DNA of 64,000 nt from Octopus bimaculoides (GCF_001194135.2 NC_069003.1:19734795-19798794); one strand, 5' to 3'; counted from the stretch's first letter, positions 1 to 12,464 are shown. Numbers and translations are program-made. Notes: generated by a model from the letters alone, not told the origin.

Positions 1-757
1 ACTGGGAACCCAATAAATGAGACATGGTTCTCCAAGCAATTTATGAGGGTAATAACCCTGATAAAAGAACTGACATGGACTGTGACAATTCATTCAACAT
101 ATGCCAGCACAGAAAGCCGATGTCAAATGGCAATCGCAATGCCTATCCAGTTATTAGCTACTCTGATGATTAAATATAGTTAGTTCTACTAAATGGTAAG
201 TAGAAGTTAAAGGCTGAACTAAAAGTCAATTTAACAACAAAATCACTGTAGCTCCCCTCCAAAAACACAACCGACACAAATAAAAATAGAATATTTGATA
301 AAATCCTATGAAATAATTTCAGTTCACATACAAGTACTCACAAACTGAGTCTGTTTCACGTTCATTACCATTTTTCTTTTTAAACAAAAGACTTTTTTTT
401 ACTGATTTCAATCACATCCAATGGTACTATTTCATCAATGCTTACCAAATTGCTAAGTTATGCTTTGACATAAAGAGAGACAGTGATGGTTTTAGACTAG
501 TAAACATAAACATATGTGTATAAATATATGTATATTTTTAGAACAATGGCCAGAAAAATTAGTTTGCAACACAGTTCCACTTTCCTCGTAATATACACCT
601 TTGAAAATCAACAAATGTGAAACTGGTTAAGTGCATTTGTCTGTATATTATACATATATATTTCGCTTTAGCATTGCAAGACTAATAACCTGGTATAGAA
701 CTCAATATACATATGCTTCAGAATGAAACAATGGTCAAGTACAGAGGAGTAATAAGA

Positions 758-952
758 AAATGAGATGACAAAGGAATAAATGATTATCTTATGAACTTCA
801 TTAGCATACAACTGTTTCTGCTATAAGATGAAGTGGACTCATCATTGGGTTACTGAGGCTTCAAACTATGAGTCCACTGCATCTTATAGCAGAAACAGCT
901 GTAAGCTAATGAGGTTCATAGGATAACTGTTTATTCCTTTGTCATCTCATTT
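758..952. repeat. Imperfect inverted repeat (about 85-bp arms, 25-nt loop) with Penelope-type hammerhead-like motifs
   Basis: 758-842 is the reverse complement of 868-952 with a few mismatches. The arms contain ATGAGTCCAC...GAAACAG(C/T)TGTA. Confidence 0.9.
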
Positions 953-2007
953 CCTTTTATACACACACACACACATATTCTGTGCATTTTCAACTTCATT
1001 TATTTCTTCTACTTGTTTGGACCAGTAACAATTTGTGCATGTGTGTGTTTGTGTATGTGTGTACACACACACATAAATCGTAGTAGGAAACATTTACTCA
1101 AAAAAGCATGCAGTAAAAATCAAACCTGGAACTGAACGGTTGCAAAGTTAAACTTCTCAACCACACAGTTTAAATACCTAAAAGTTATTTTCTTAAATTA
1201 AGCGGAAGTAACATACATTTCAAAAGTTTTAGTCATCAAATTGATCAGCACTCTGGAAAAGAATAAAAAGAGAGAGAAACAAAAATGGCTTTAGTAAAAT
1301 TTCTTCACATGATTAAATTAGAATATCATTTAAATATATTAGATTTAATGAAAAGATCTGATACATATATTGTTGTTTAAACTCAAGCTTAGTCTGATAA
1401 CCAGAATACCAATATATAAACTTTGTTGTGTAGAGAATGATCATGGCCATTTTGGGGGTCTTCAGAGCCAGCTAAAAAATCATGATGCTGCTATACTCTC
1501 CTGAGCCTGTGGCATTCATCAACACCAGATATGTTGCTTTGATTTGTCTCTGTTATCATGCCAGTATAGCAAAGAGGGTCTCTGAGGTACAATGTAAGAC
1601 TTACTAGACTAAAAAGGCAGTGCTGCCTTTCATTTTGTCAGTGATGAAGACCCTAAGACAAGAGGGGACAACTATCATTGTGTGTGCTGATGTGTGTAGG
1701 TCTGTGCATGGAATGTTGACATTCCATGCTTGCCACCAATCAAGTGAACTGGTGAGGATGTTGATATTCTTTGGTGATATAATGACATTTCAAAGTTGTT
1801 ATGCATTTTTAAAGACCAATAGAATAAAAAGAAATCCCTGAATTGAAAAACAAATAAGGGTTGTCAGCAGGAAGAATATCCAGCCATAAAATCACACCTC
1901 AAATAACACTCCTTCCAATGTATATGCATACATACATATGTACATACATACAGGGTAATTCAGAAATCCTCTTCAGCATTTAGGTTATAAGTAAAATTTT
2001 AATTATT

Positions 2008-2400
2008 TATTACCTCCGCCAAGGAAGGAGGTTATATTTTCATCGGCGTTGGTTTGTCCATCTGTGTGCAAAATAACTCAAAAAGTTGTGAACGGTATTT
2101 GATGAAACTTGCAGGAAAAGATGGTAACGACACAAGGAACAGATGATGAAATTTTGGTAGCGATCCGGGAATTTTTATGGATTCTTGAAGGATTTTACAT
2201 TTGTTATATTTACTTTACATGAAGTATTACAATGTTACATTCTTTGATCATCTCCCTTGAAAACAAATTCATGGTTTCCACGTAACCTATGGTGGCGTTG
2301 CTGTTTTCAAAGTTTATTTTCATTTCTCTATTAGAAATTTTACTTGTGTATCTATCTTAAAATGAGCTGCTTGGCGGAGGTCTGCAACATCATGCCAGAC
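2008..2400 (+). mobile_element. Non-autonomous Helentron-associated (HINE/DINE-1-like) element
   Basis: Starts ttattacctccgccaagg..aggttatattttc and ends cttggcggaggtctgc. There is an 11-bp perfect subterminal inverted repeat, CCTCCGCCAAG 2013-2023 and CTTGGCGGAGG 2370-2380. This architecture is known from HINEs. Confidence 0.65.
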
Positions 2401-2905
2401 ACACATAAAGGAGGAAAGTGACTTCACGGCATTCAAACGATCCCTAGTTATTTTATTAGTTTTATTTTTATACATTTTTTTATGCTTTGAATACTTTCTT
2501 TGCCAGTTTGTTGTAAACATATTTTGATGTGTGCGTGCATGTGTGTATTCTAGGTTTTTGAAAAATGTTGATGTTGAAAGATGACACAATTTTTCATTAT
2601 CCCTAAAGTGGCACAAGAGTTAATTCTGTTCATTCGGCTGTGTATACCTAGTTCAACTGCCCACTGATCCCAGCAGCTTGCTGCATGAACAGCAGAGTAT
2701 GAGACCAGTTATCCTAGAATCTCCAGGCCTTAACAATCAACTGTGGGAGACTGAGTCTGAGGTGGTTTAATGAATGCAATTTGATAGGATTGTGATGACT
2801 GTGATGAGGGAGTGGGTGGTATGACAGGGGGAGAGAAAGAAGTAGGGGAGAGAGGAGATGTACGTTTAGAAGTTCAATTGACCTTGGTTGTTATATTAAT
2901 GCTGA

Positions 2906-3063
2906 AGGTATTGCTCTGTGGCTAAGAAGTTCACTTTCCAACCACAAGGATCTGGGTTCAGTCCTACTGTGTGGCATCTTGGACAAATGGCTTCTATAGC
3001 TTCAGTCTGACTAAAGCCTTGTCAGTGGATTTAGTAGATGGGTACTGGAAGAAACCCATCGAT

Positions 3064-3112
<49 letters not shown>

Positions 3113-3393
3113 ATGCGTGTGTGTGTGTGAGTGTCCCTGTCTCACTGCCCTTGTCCTGACATAACAGGATAGTCTTTAAGTGAAGGTTGCCATCAAACAG
3201 CCCAAGTCATTTGTTTCCAGTCTTCCATGAAAAGATGTCGAACCACAGAGAAATATTTATTACTTTGCTTGGAAACATGAGGTTTGGCAACAGGAAGGTC
3301 ATCCAGTCATAGAAATGTGCCTCAAAGAATTCCATCTGACTCATGCAAGCATGGAAAAGTAGACATTAAAACAATGGCAATGATGATGATAAT
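2906..3393 (+). mobile_element. tRNA-headed SINE (family A) with (GT)n core and RTE-like 3' tail ending in (GAT)n
   Basis: A-box-like ctctgtggctaag and B-box-like gggttcagtcc, then a CORE-like atcttggacaa segment and (GT)n. The tail ggcaacaggaaggtcatccag...catgcaagcatggaaaagtagacattaaa...gatgatgat resembles the LINE 3' end at 32740-32868. Confidence 0.8.
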
Positions 3394-3406
3394 CATCATC
3401 ATTTAA

Positions 3407-3615
3407 CCCTTTTGATATCAACCTACCTAAGATGGTCCCAGATTCTACAACATAAACTTGCTGTTTTAAAGTGATCTAAATTATAATCTTCCATTGAAAT
3501 TTCATGCTAATTTGTTCCAGACTGCAGCTTAATAATGAGAAAGTTATTTTATTAAATTCATTATTTTTAAAATTAATTTAAACAAAGGCAGCATGTATAA
3601 ACAGAAACAAGAGGG
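3407..3615 (+). mobile_element. piggyBac-type MITE (family 2)
   Basis: TTAA 3403-3406, then CCCTTTTG...GAGGG, then TTAA 3616-3619. A related copy in reverse orientation lies at about 45020-45218. Confidence 0.7.
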
Positions 3616-3780
3616 TTAAACCACCCTGCATGTTTTCATCAAACTTAATATCAACATACAATTATATTTAAAATATATCACAAGGTGCTTCTAAGTTATC
3701 TTTACAACTTTCACAGTTTATTGTATCTAGCAAAGTTGAGATCCATCAACTTCTTTACAATCAATGGATTCTGTATTTAA

Positions 3781-4602
3781 CCCTTTCGTTACTATATTTC
3801 TGACCAAAATTCTCCACATACTGGGGGGGNNNNNNNNNNNNNNNNNNNNNNNNNNNNNNNNNNNNNNNNNNNNNNNNNNNNNNNNNNNNNNNNNNNNNNN
3901 NNNNNNNNNNNNNNNNNNNNNNNNNNNNNNNNNNNNNNNNNNNNNNNNNNNNNNNNNNNNNNNNNNNNNNNNNNNNNNNNNTGAAGATGGAGAGGAGTTT
4001 CATGCTATCAAGCAGTGATTCCAAATTTGAAGGTTTTTCAACAGAAGATATGGAGATATCGAAGAAAAGAATGAATGAGCTACAAAAGCACGTGGTGAAC
4101 GATAATAAATCGGATATTTCTGTATCCGAAACTGAAAGCAGCGACGGCGACAGCGAGGATGATTTTACACCAGAAAAAGATTTTAAAAATATTTTTAAAA
4201 TCTTTTTCTGGTGTAAAATCATCCTCGCTGTCGCCGTCGCTGCTTTCAGTTTCGGATACAGAAATATCCGATTTATTATCGTTCACCACGTGCTTTTGTA
4301 GCTCATTCATTCTTTTCTTCGATATCTCCATATCTTCTGTTGAAAAACCTTCAAATTTGGAATCACTGCTTGATAGCATGAAACTCCTCTCCATCTTCAA
4401 AGTTGAAAAAAATCAACGCCACAAAAAATGTGGAAAAAAATTTTCCAAAATTCCCTGAGTTCAAATATCATGCCAAACAATGTCGGAGACAATAACTTAA
4501 CTGTTTGCAAAGTGAATGTATTAACGAGATTTGGGTTCAAATATACATTTAAATAACAATGGGTATGCTCGGCCGGCTACGGCCGGGTTAGTAACGAAAG
4601 GG
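3781..4602 (-). mobile_element. Non-autonomous piggyBac element with a transposase N-terminal remnant
   Basis: TTAA TSDs at 3777-3780 and 4603-4606. Perfect 14-bp TIRs CCCTTTCGTTACTA (3781-3794) and TAGTAACGAAAGGG (4589-4602). The acidic ORF MERSFMLSSSDSKFEGFSTED...SSDGDSEDDF resembles PGBD N-termini. The element contains a gap. Confidence 0.85.
3982..4399. repeat. Perfect spacer-less palindrome (209-bp arms, centre 4190/4191) abutting an assembly gap
   Basis: 3982-4190 is the exact reverse complement of 4191-4399. The ORF track shows the same peptide on both strands. Confidence 0.95.
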
Positions 4603-4773
4603 TTAAGTGTTCTGATGTTTCTAATAAAACTTTGTCTGCCTATGTTTTCCAATAAACTCTGCTGAATTATCCTAATTTTTCATTTTTTCCTGAATTTTTA
4701 CAAATTGTAAAGGTAATTTATGGACACCCTGTATTACAGGAAATTATACATTAAACATTATAAATTTACTCAC

Positions 4774-5125
4774 CACCATCTCGTTAGAACTTTTGCGATG
4801 TTGTGAAGGAAGAACTGTAGTGTTGTTCTCATTAGATAATTTCAAAGTTTCCTGTCTGTTTTGTGTGAGAGTCTGTTCCAAAACGTCTGGTGAATCACGT
4901 TGTGGTGGTGTTTGTCTTTTGTCGACTGGTGATGCAGGAGCAGCCTGGACAGTGCTGACTGTGTTGTTCGAAGCAGCACTGCTCTCTAATGGAGGGCTCC
5001 GTGCAACCACCAGTTCAACCGGGCCACGTGCGCTCTTCAAAAGCTGTATGGCAGCTTTGTGTGAGAAGTCTAATGGCTGACCATCAATGGCCAAAATCTG
5101 ATCTCCTTTTTGTAGCCTTCCATCT
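4774..5125 (-). CDS. MPDZ: Internal coding exon of a multi-PDZ scaffold gene (MPDZ/PATJ family): C-terminal half of PDZ1 plus Ser/Pro/Thr-rich linker
   Basis: Translation (R)DGRLQKGDQILAIDGQPLDFSHKAAIQLLKSARGPVELVVARSPPLESS...NEMV resembles the MPDZ/PATJ PDZ1 pattern DGRLxExDQILAIxGQxLD..xHxxAIxxLxxAxxxVxLVxAR. On the minus strand the acceptor is ttttgtctttttcag|AGAT (AG at 5127-5126) and the donor is ATGGTG|gtgagt (GT at 4773-4772). The exon is 352 bp, phase 2 to phase 0. The PDZ exon call is firm; the MPDZ versus PATJ assignment is from remembered family motifs only. Confidence 0.85.
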
Positions 5126-5227
5126 CTGAAAAAGACAAAAAGATGAAACATATATAAGTAAAATCATAATACTGTAGTTAAGGGTGGTCATTGCCCATGG
5201 GTTCAAACTCTACCGACGTCAACTCAA

Positions 5228-5433
5228 CCCTTTAGTATTTAAACTGGCCTTATCTGGCCAAAATATTCTACCTGTTTTATCTTCAAACTGGCCAAATCTG
5301 GCCCCTCACACCTACTCTACAATGTCATTCTAAATATTACCACATCATCAAACTCTTGAAGCTACAAGATAATTTTAAAACAATGTGAATAAATAAGCAT
5401 TACATTTAACAGAATAATCTGAATGTGAAATGG
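5228..5433 (+). mobile_element. piggyBac-type MITE (family 1)
   Basis: (T)CAA, then CCCTTTAGTATTTAAACTGGCC...GAATAATCTGAATGTGAAATGG, then TTAA. Same family as 39896-40111, 48419-48635 and 62736-62885. Confidence 0.8.
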
Positions 5434-5823
5434 TTAAAATACTAAAATATCATACCAGTTAACTACAGGGGTCAGTTTCATTGACTAACACTCTCCCTCA
5501 AAATTTCAGGTGTTATACCAACTTAAAAACAACTATTACTTTTTTTCTTTCATTGTTACAGCAATAATCTTTCAAGTTATCTTTCAATGTTCTTTTTCCT
5601 TAAACGAATAAACTATTTATGGTTTTTTTGTTATTTTTGCATTATTTCTTTTGATCAAATGTTCAGATTAGTTTATCAAAACAATAAATCTTACCACAAT
5701 CATCACAAACATACGATGATGATTATGAGGAGGAGGATGGTGATGATTAATATGATGATAGTAACAATGAAAAACATGATTACAATGATGGTAATAATGA
5801 TGATTAATATCTAGAAATAGCTG

Positions 5824-5981
5824 TAGGTATGGGTGTGTGGCTAATAAGTTCACTTCCCAAGTATCTAGTTTCAGGTTCACTCCCACAGCAATGCATTTTA
5901 GGAAAGTGTCTTCTACTATAGTCCTGGGCTGAGCAAAACCTTGAGAGTGGATTTGACAGACAGAAACTGAAAGAAGTCTCT

Positions 5982-6012
<31 letters not shown>

Positions 6013-6050
6013 ACATATATATATATATACATATATACACACACACATGA
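5824..6050 (+). mobile_element. tRNA-headed SINE family A, head plus (GT)n(AT)n
   Basis: gggtgtgtggctaataagttcacttccc...caggttcactcccac...gaaactgaaagaag followed by a microsatellite; same head as 2906. Confidence 0.75.
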
Positions 6051-6308
6051 AGAGTATATAGGTATAACTTATCCAGGCAGGTACCATATGAGCATTCAAG
6101 TATGGTCCAGATTCAGGCTACCACAGTGAGTTGTGGGAAGCACCTAGGATTGCTTAGAGTGAGCAATCCCACCGAAACTCATCTGATGGGTAAATCCTGG
6201 GTTTGCCGTACTGGATTATGAATATTTTCAGGATTCTAAATCCAAAACAATTACAAAGAATATGGAGACTGGTACATCTTCAAGTTAATCTTTTAATTTC
6301 CTAATTAT

Positions 6309-9300
6309 GAGGGGATTCTGAAAAATTCCTAGCTTGAAGGGTACCACAAAAGGGTAGAGATGTTACCTCTTCAGGGAAGGTTGAGTAACTGTTTAAGAGA
6401 ATATATGCAAAAATTTATGATAGTATACAATATATTTTTCTCCTTTTTGCAGATTTAATGAAAATGAAGCACAGGCAGTCATGAAGTTCTTCTTTTTGCA
6501 AGGCGAAATCCATGACAAGATGAAGGAAGTCTTGAAGAATGTGTGCCCATCTTACTCCACAGTGAAAATCTGGGTATCAAGGTTTCAGACTGATGATTTT
6601 GAGGTCACAGATGAACCCTGGTCAGGATGGCCAACTTTCACGACCTCAGAGGACAAAAACCAATGCGGTTCATGGCATGATTCTCAAGGACCACTAGACT
6701 TCAGCAGAAGTCATGGTTGAGACACTGGGAATTTCCCACGAAAGAGTTAGCCACATCATTTACGACATTCTGGGCATGAGAAAACTTTCTGCAAAATGGG
6801 TGCCGAAATGCCTAAACACAGATCAGAAGCACATCAGAGTGACACCATTAAAGGCAATTTTGAATCAGTTTGCAGTGAGAGGAGCTGATTTCATGGCTCA
6901 TTTAGTCACCATGGATAAAATTGGCTTCATCATTATGCTCCTCAAACCAAGCAGCAATAAATGGAGTGGTGCCACAGAGGTTCACTGTGTCCCAAGTAGT
7001 TTCGGACCCAGAAGTCAGCTGGAAAGATTCTGGCTTCAGTGTTCTGGGACAAAGATGGAGTAATCCTCATAAAATACCTGCCAAGCAGTCACACCATCAA
7101 CACAGAATGTTTCTGTTGGATGAACTCTGTGAAGCATTAGCCCTTTAGTGTTTAGACCAGCCATAACCAGCTGAAAATTATTCCCCTTTATTTGTTAGAA
7201 CTGGCCAAATCAGGCCTTATGATTTCTCTACAAAATCACTAATAAAATAAACAGATCACATTATTGAATTCTTGCAGCTTTGAGATAATACGAGATAAAG
7301 CCTTTCCCGTCTTTATTCAAGTAAAAATAAGGTGAAATTTTTGAGACTTCTTGGTTTTTTTCAACATTTGAAGAGAAGTGTATATCTTAGTTTTTAATGA
7401 TATGGCATCAGCAAGTAGCAATTCCAACTTTGAAGGTTTTACATGTACGTAATATATACGTAAACAACAGTGATTTGTCTTTGGATGAATCTGGTATTGA
7501 CATTTATGAATCTTTGTCAGACGAAGACAATTTTGATAATGAAAGAAATGAAAATGAAATTGAAAACATTACAGCAACATGGTTGAAGATTACTACATCA
7601 ACCACAATTCCTGATTTCACAGAAAATACTGGTCTACAACATAGTCTACCTCTTGATGCTCAACCACTGGACTATCTATTTTTTAAAATTTTATTAAAGA
7701 GATTTTTTTTTTCGAAACAGTCACGGAAGAAACAAATAAATATGCTCAATGCATAATTTCTATTCATGGAAGAACCCGATCCACTATGGCAGCCAACTGA
7801 TACTGCAGAAATGTGAGCTTTTTTTTACTCTGAACATCATGTTTGCTATGAAGCAGCTTCCTCAACTGTGAAACTACTGGAGTCCTCATATAAGGTATGG
7901 TGATCCATATATTTCCAGCATTAGTCTAACTGTAGTGAATTCCTATATTGTGTATGTAAAAAAAAACACAAGGTACCGCCACCACGAAAGGACAATAAAC
8001 AATTGAAATTTCAAGTTGACATTGCATCTCAGTTACACAAGGCTTTTCTTCCAGAATGCACAGAACTGGGAGAAAAGCAAAATTAACTGAGGTGGATGTC
8101 AACAGAGAAAATATTGACTTCCATAAAGTGGAAACAAATAAATAGAAGGTAAAAAGTTTGCAGACTATATTCGCTGCAAAAAAGAAAGGCTGCGAAAGGA
8201 TATCAGGTTGCAAGACCTCATATATGTGTTCGTTTTGCAAAGTGCCTTTGTTTAAAGGGTGCTTTACACAGTTTCATGATAGAAATATGGCATAATTATA
8301 TTTTGTTGTTTGATAGTAACACTATCATATATTCCTTTCATTTTATTACAAATAATATGTGAAAGTTGGAAATACATATTAATTATCAGTAATACATATT
8401 AATTTTCAGTGTATTTCAGAATACACCTGTATTCACTTTTGCCTCACCTGTTAATGAGATTTTTTTATTAGATGCATTTTGTATTGTAAATGTATCCATT
8501 AAATTGTATAAGAGTACATACATAGCCAATGGTATATTGACTAATAAAAGACTTTTGTACATTATTTTCAATGGAAATGCTTGAATGAAATATAGAGAAA
8601 GAATAAAATCTTCTACCTATTATACCTGTATTTTAATTAATTCAAATTAACGTATCTCATCTTGAAAAGTGGCAAAATTGTTGGCAGTTGACATCTGGGA
8701 TAACTTTAGTGGCAAATCAAACAGGTAATATGCATTAAGAATTTCAATTTTAGTGTTTATCCATAATGTTATTGCTTTTAAATTACCTGCCCATAAAAGT
8801 CAATTTAATCAGCGAGATCAGCTAACATTACATAACTATAACCAATCTATAACTATAACTGGTATATAAGCACCCACTGACAAAATTTCAAATCTGCATG
8901 TAAACAATTAACAAAGTTACAAGCAAATATTGTGGACATCCCTCTTGAACCCGAATAATTCAAAATAACATGAACAAATAAGCATTATATTTGACAGGTT
9001 AATCTGGACACTAAAGAATTAAAGCAGAAATGTCATGGTGCCCTGTTTTTACAGGACGATGAACCAGCACACACATGAAACTCTACAGAAAATATGTGAC
9101 TTTAGCTTTGAATTGGTAGACCACCCATCTTACTCTCCTGATTTGGCCCCCTCTGACTATCACCTCTTTCCACAACTGAAAAAACATCTCAAGAGAACGA
9201 AATTTCACTCTGATTCAGAAGTGATTGTTGCTACAGAGGACTGGTTGGAGGCCCAACCTTCAAGGTTTTTTTTTTACAGGGCTTAGAAAACCTGAAGGAC

Positions 9301-9390
9301 TGCTGCAATAAGTGTGGGAATATGAGAGGGGAATATGTTGAATAAAATCATAATTAACTGAACACTCCAGTATTTTCTTTTACCCAAAAC
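6309..9390 (+). mobile_element. Degenerate mariner (D34D-type) transposon split by a piggyBac insertion at 7141-9018
   Basis: TA plus TGAGGGGATTCTGAAAAATT left end. Frameshifted peptides include SYSTVKIWVSRF..EVTDEPWSGWPT, KLSAKWVPKCL (WVPxxL motif), VTMD, LQDDEPAH and HPSYSPDLAPSDYHLF (YSPDLAPxD motif). Confidence 0.9.
7141..9018 (+). mobile_element. About 1.9-kb internally deleted piggyBac (PGBD4-like) element
   Basis: TTAG (decayed TSD) at 7137-7140 and TTAA at 9019-9022. Termini are ccctttagtgtttaga and tctggacactaaagaa. Remnants include an acidic N-terminus, PDFTENTGLQHSLPLDAQPLDY, WQPTDTAEM*AF..YWS, and a Cys-rich C-terminus KTSYMCSFCKVPL..CFTQFH. Confidence 0.85.
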
Positions 9391-9483
9391 CATATGCAAC
9401 CTATTATTCTCTGCTATCCACCTTTATTCAGGACCTTTCCACCAATATGTATGCATGTACATGCATGTGTGTGCATGAGGCAT

Positions 9484-9521
<38 letters not shown>

Positions 9522-11258
9522 CATGAGGGATTATGAGCATTTGAGCCTCCTTGTTTTGACAGTTGTAAATGAGTCTCACTGCCATACCAGCAGTGTTTTC
9601 AGTCTCCCATGTAAACAAGTTTGGCTATGGGGAATACCTTGCTTGGAAACAGAAGAGTGTTAGTGACAGGAAAAACATCTGGCTATAGAAAAATTTACCT
9701 CAAAGAATTCCATCTAACCTGAGAAAACATAGAAAATAAGTACCAGCTGAGCACTAGGGTCCATGTAATTGACATTTATTTTCCTTCAAAATTCCTTGCT
9801 TTGAGTCAAAATTTGAAAGCATTTTTTTTATCATCATCTTGTGAAACAAATACAAAAATTACAACACACACACAACATTTTTCTGCACAATTTCTGTTTA
9901 CTGAATTCCACTCACAAAATTTTGGTTAACCCAAGGCTATGAAATGAAGGTGCCTTGCAGCAGAATCAAATCCAAGTCCACAGGCTTGTGTAATAAACTT
10001 CTTAACGAAAGGCCTTTGTTAGTGCAATTATCTAATTTAAATGCATCTAAATAACAAATGGGATGGTCATAGCTGGAATGGTTTCGATTATCAGTCTGAT
10101 CAGGCAGAGCTGACCATGGCTAAGCTCTCCCTTTCTCCCTAGACACACACAAACATTTACTATCGCTATTACAACAACAACAACAACCATCATCATCATC
10201 AATATAATTGTACTTCATTGTTACTTTGCTATCAATAATTAAGGAGGCTCTTGTATTTCCAGCCAACCCTACCACAACCCAGTTTGCTAAATAGCTTTTT
10301 GTTGTTCCTATTACAATGGTGGCTCTTCACCTCAATTCATTGAAGAATAAAAATGATGATACCAAACAGAAAATATGTCAAAACACATTTAAACAGTTGT
10401 TCAAACTGTGCAATATAAATTTAATCAATCAGAAATGATTATTCAACAGACTTCAAACGAAAATCATGAAACCATTTACAAGAATTTCTATATTTATTGA
10501 TGATGCTGGTGCTGTTATCAGTATTGATGTTGATGATGTTGAAGTTAGTCTTATTTTCAAAAGTACTTATACATTTTTGCTGTTTTGGATGGTGTGTTTT
10601 TATTTTTAATAAACCAAACAAATTGTATTAAAAAAAGGAAAGTAATTTTTTAAAGAGGAAAGAAAGTTGTTTAATAATTCATGATTTCCAAAACAATTTT
10701 TATAAATATTTTTTTATCATTTCAATTTAACGTTTCAAATTTTATTAAGTTAACTAGAGTGTTACCCATCATATAATGAGTAACTTTGGAAGTATATACA
10801 TTTGCCACCATGGGTAATAATCAGAAAATATAACATTCATATAACAATTATAATTTAACTTTTATTGAATTTTTGGGTGCTTATACAAAAACCATGAAAT
10901 GAATAGTAATTTTCAAATGAAAAATATTTATTACCTTAAAATATAATTAGTAGAACATTAATCAAAAAGTAAAGATTGAAAACAAAATTTTTCATGTGGA
11001 TTTGATATTATGGAAGTTCACATGTACACACACTCCTCCATTGCCCCCCCCCTCATGTATATCTTTTGTCTTTCACTTGTTTCAGTCATTATACTGTGGC
11101 CATACTGGGGCACTGATTTCAAAAACTTTTAGTGAAATGAATTGACGCCAGTACTTATTTTCTGTTTAAGCTTGGTATTTATTCTATCAGTCACTTTTAC
11201 CAAAATGCTAAGTTACAAGAAAATGAATACACCAATTATCAAGTAGTGGAGGACAACT

Positions 11259-11291
<33 letters not shown>

Positions 11292-11929
11292 NNNNNNNNN
11301 NNNNNNNNNNNNNNNNNNNNNNNNNNNNNNNNNNNNNNNNNNNNNNNNNNNNNNNNNNNNNNNNNNNNNNNNNNNNNNNNNNNNNNNNNNNNNNNNNNNN
11401 NNNNNNNNNNNNNNNNNNNNNNNNNNNNNNNNNNNNNNNNNNNNNNNNNNNNNNNNNNNNNNNNNNNNNNNNNNNNNNNNNNNNNNNNNNNNNNNNNNNN
11501 NNNNNNNNNNNNNNNNNNNNNNNNNNNNNNNNNNNNNNNNNNNNNNNNNNNNNNNNNNNNNNNNNNNNNNNNNNNNNNNNNNNNNNNNNNNNNNNNNNNN
11601 NNNNNNNNNNNNNNNNNNNNNNNNNNNNNNNNNNNNNNNNNNNNNNNNNNNNNNNNNNNNNNNNNNNNNNNNNNNNNNNNNNTATATGCACACACATACA
11701 TACATTTATTCCCTTTTCTCTTCCAGTTTCTATGATACTTTCTCTTCCACTGTGTGTGGTGGTGGGGGGGGGGCGTTCATTTACCCACTGCTTTACACCA
11801 AGCCTAGTTTCTGCACTCATCATGTACTTCTTATGTTAACTTTCTGTATCTCTTTTTCTTTTTCTCTCTTTCTCTCCTTATACAATGTAAAACATGACTG
11901 AAAAAATCAACCAACCAACAAGCATTTAT

Positions 11930-12250
11930 CTTTTAACTTTTTATCTTTTTCTTGTTTCAGTCATGAGATTATGGTCATGCTGTGGCACCAACTTGAAGAA
12001 TTTTTTTAAAGCCTGGTATTTATTTTAGCAAACCACTATGTTACGGGGATGCAAACAAACCAACACTGGTTGTCAAGCAGTGGTGGGGACAAATACAGAC
12101 ACAAAGACACACACACACAGATTATATATACACAACAGACTTCTTTCAGTTTCCTTCTACCAAACCCACTCATAAGGCTTTGGTCAGCCCAAGGCTATAT
12201 TAGAAGACACTTGCCCAAGGTGCCATGCAGTGGGACTGAACCCTGAACCA
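11930..12250 (-). mobile_element. tRNA-headed SINE family A with a TGACTGAAACAAG-type tail
   Basis: The reverse complement gives ggttcagtcccactgcatggcaccttgggcaagtgtcttc...tgactgaaacaagaaaag. Confidence 0.75.
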
Positions 12251-12359
12251 TTTATACCAGCTGTTATTATATAAAGATAATATATTAACTGTATTTTCCT
12301 TTATTATGCTATAGTGGAACTGTACTATTTAAGAAAGAGTCATGAGGATGATAAGGAAG

Positions 12360-12424
12360 ACAGAGGTGGTGATGGTAGTTATGATGATGGCAATGATAGT
12401 GATGGTGATGATGATGATGATGAC

Positions 12425-12464
<40 letters not shown>

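Larger units (their letters stand above)
3681..4731. mobile_element. Decayed Tc1/mariner-type MITE interrupted by the piggyBac element at 3781-4602
   Basis: The left end caaggtgcttctaagttatctttacaa partially matches the reverse complement of the right end, cagggtgtccataaattacctttacaa. TA follows at 4732-4733. Confidence 0.5.

Noticed and set aside
342-375. Possible 34-bp minus-strand micro-exon (KNGNERETDSV, donor gtgagt at 341-336)
   Set aside because: The donor is good, but the acceptor is weak and there is no recognisable MPDZ homology. It needs RNA-seq.
6130-6195. GGATTGCT/AGCAATCC stem followed by CCGAAAC and CTGATGG
   Set aside because: The core elements are out of order and incomplete for any hammerhead topology.
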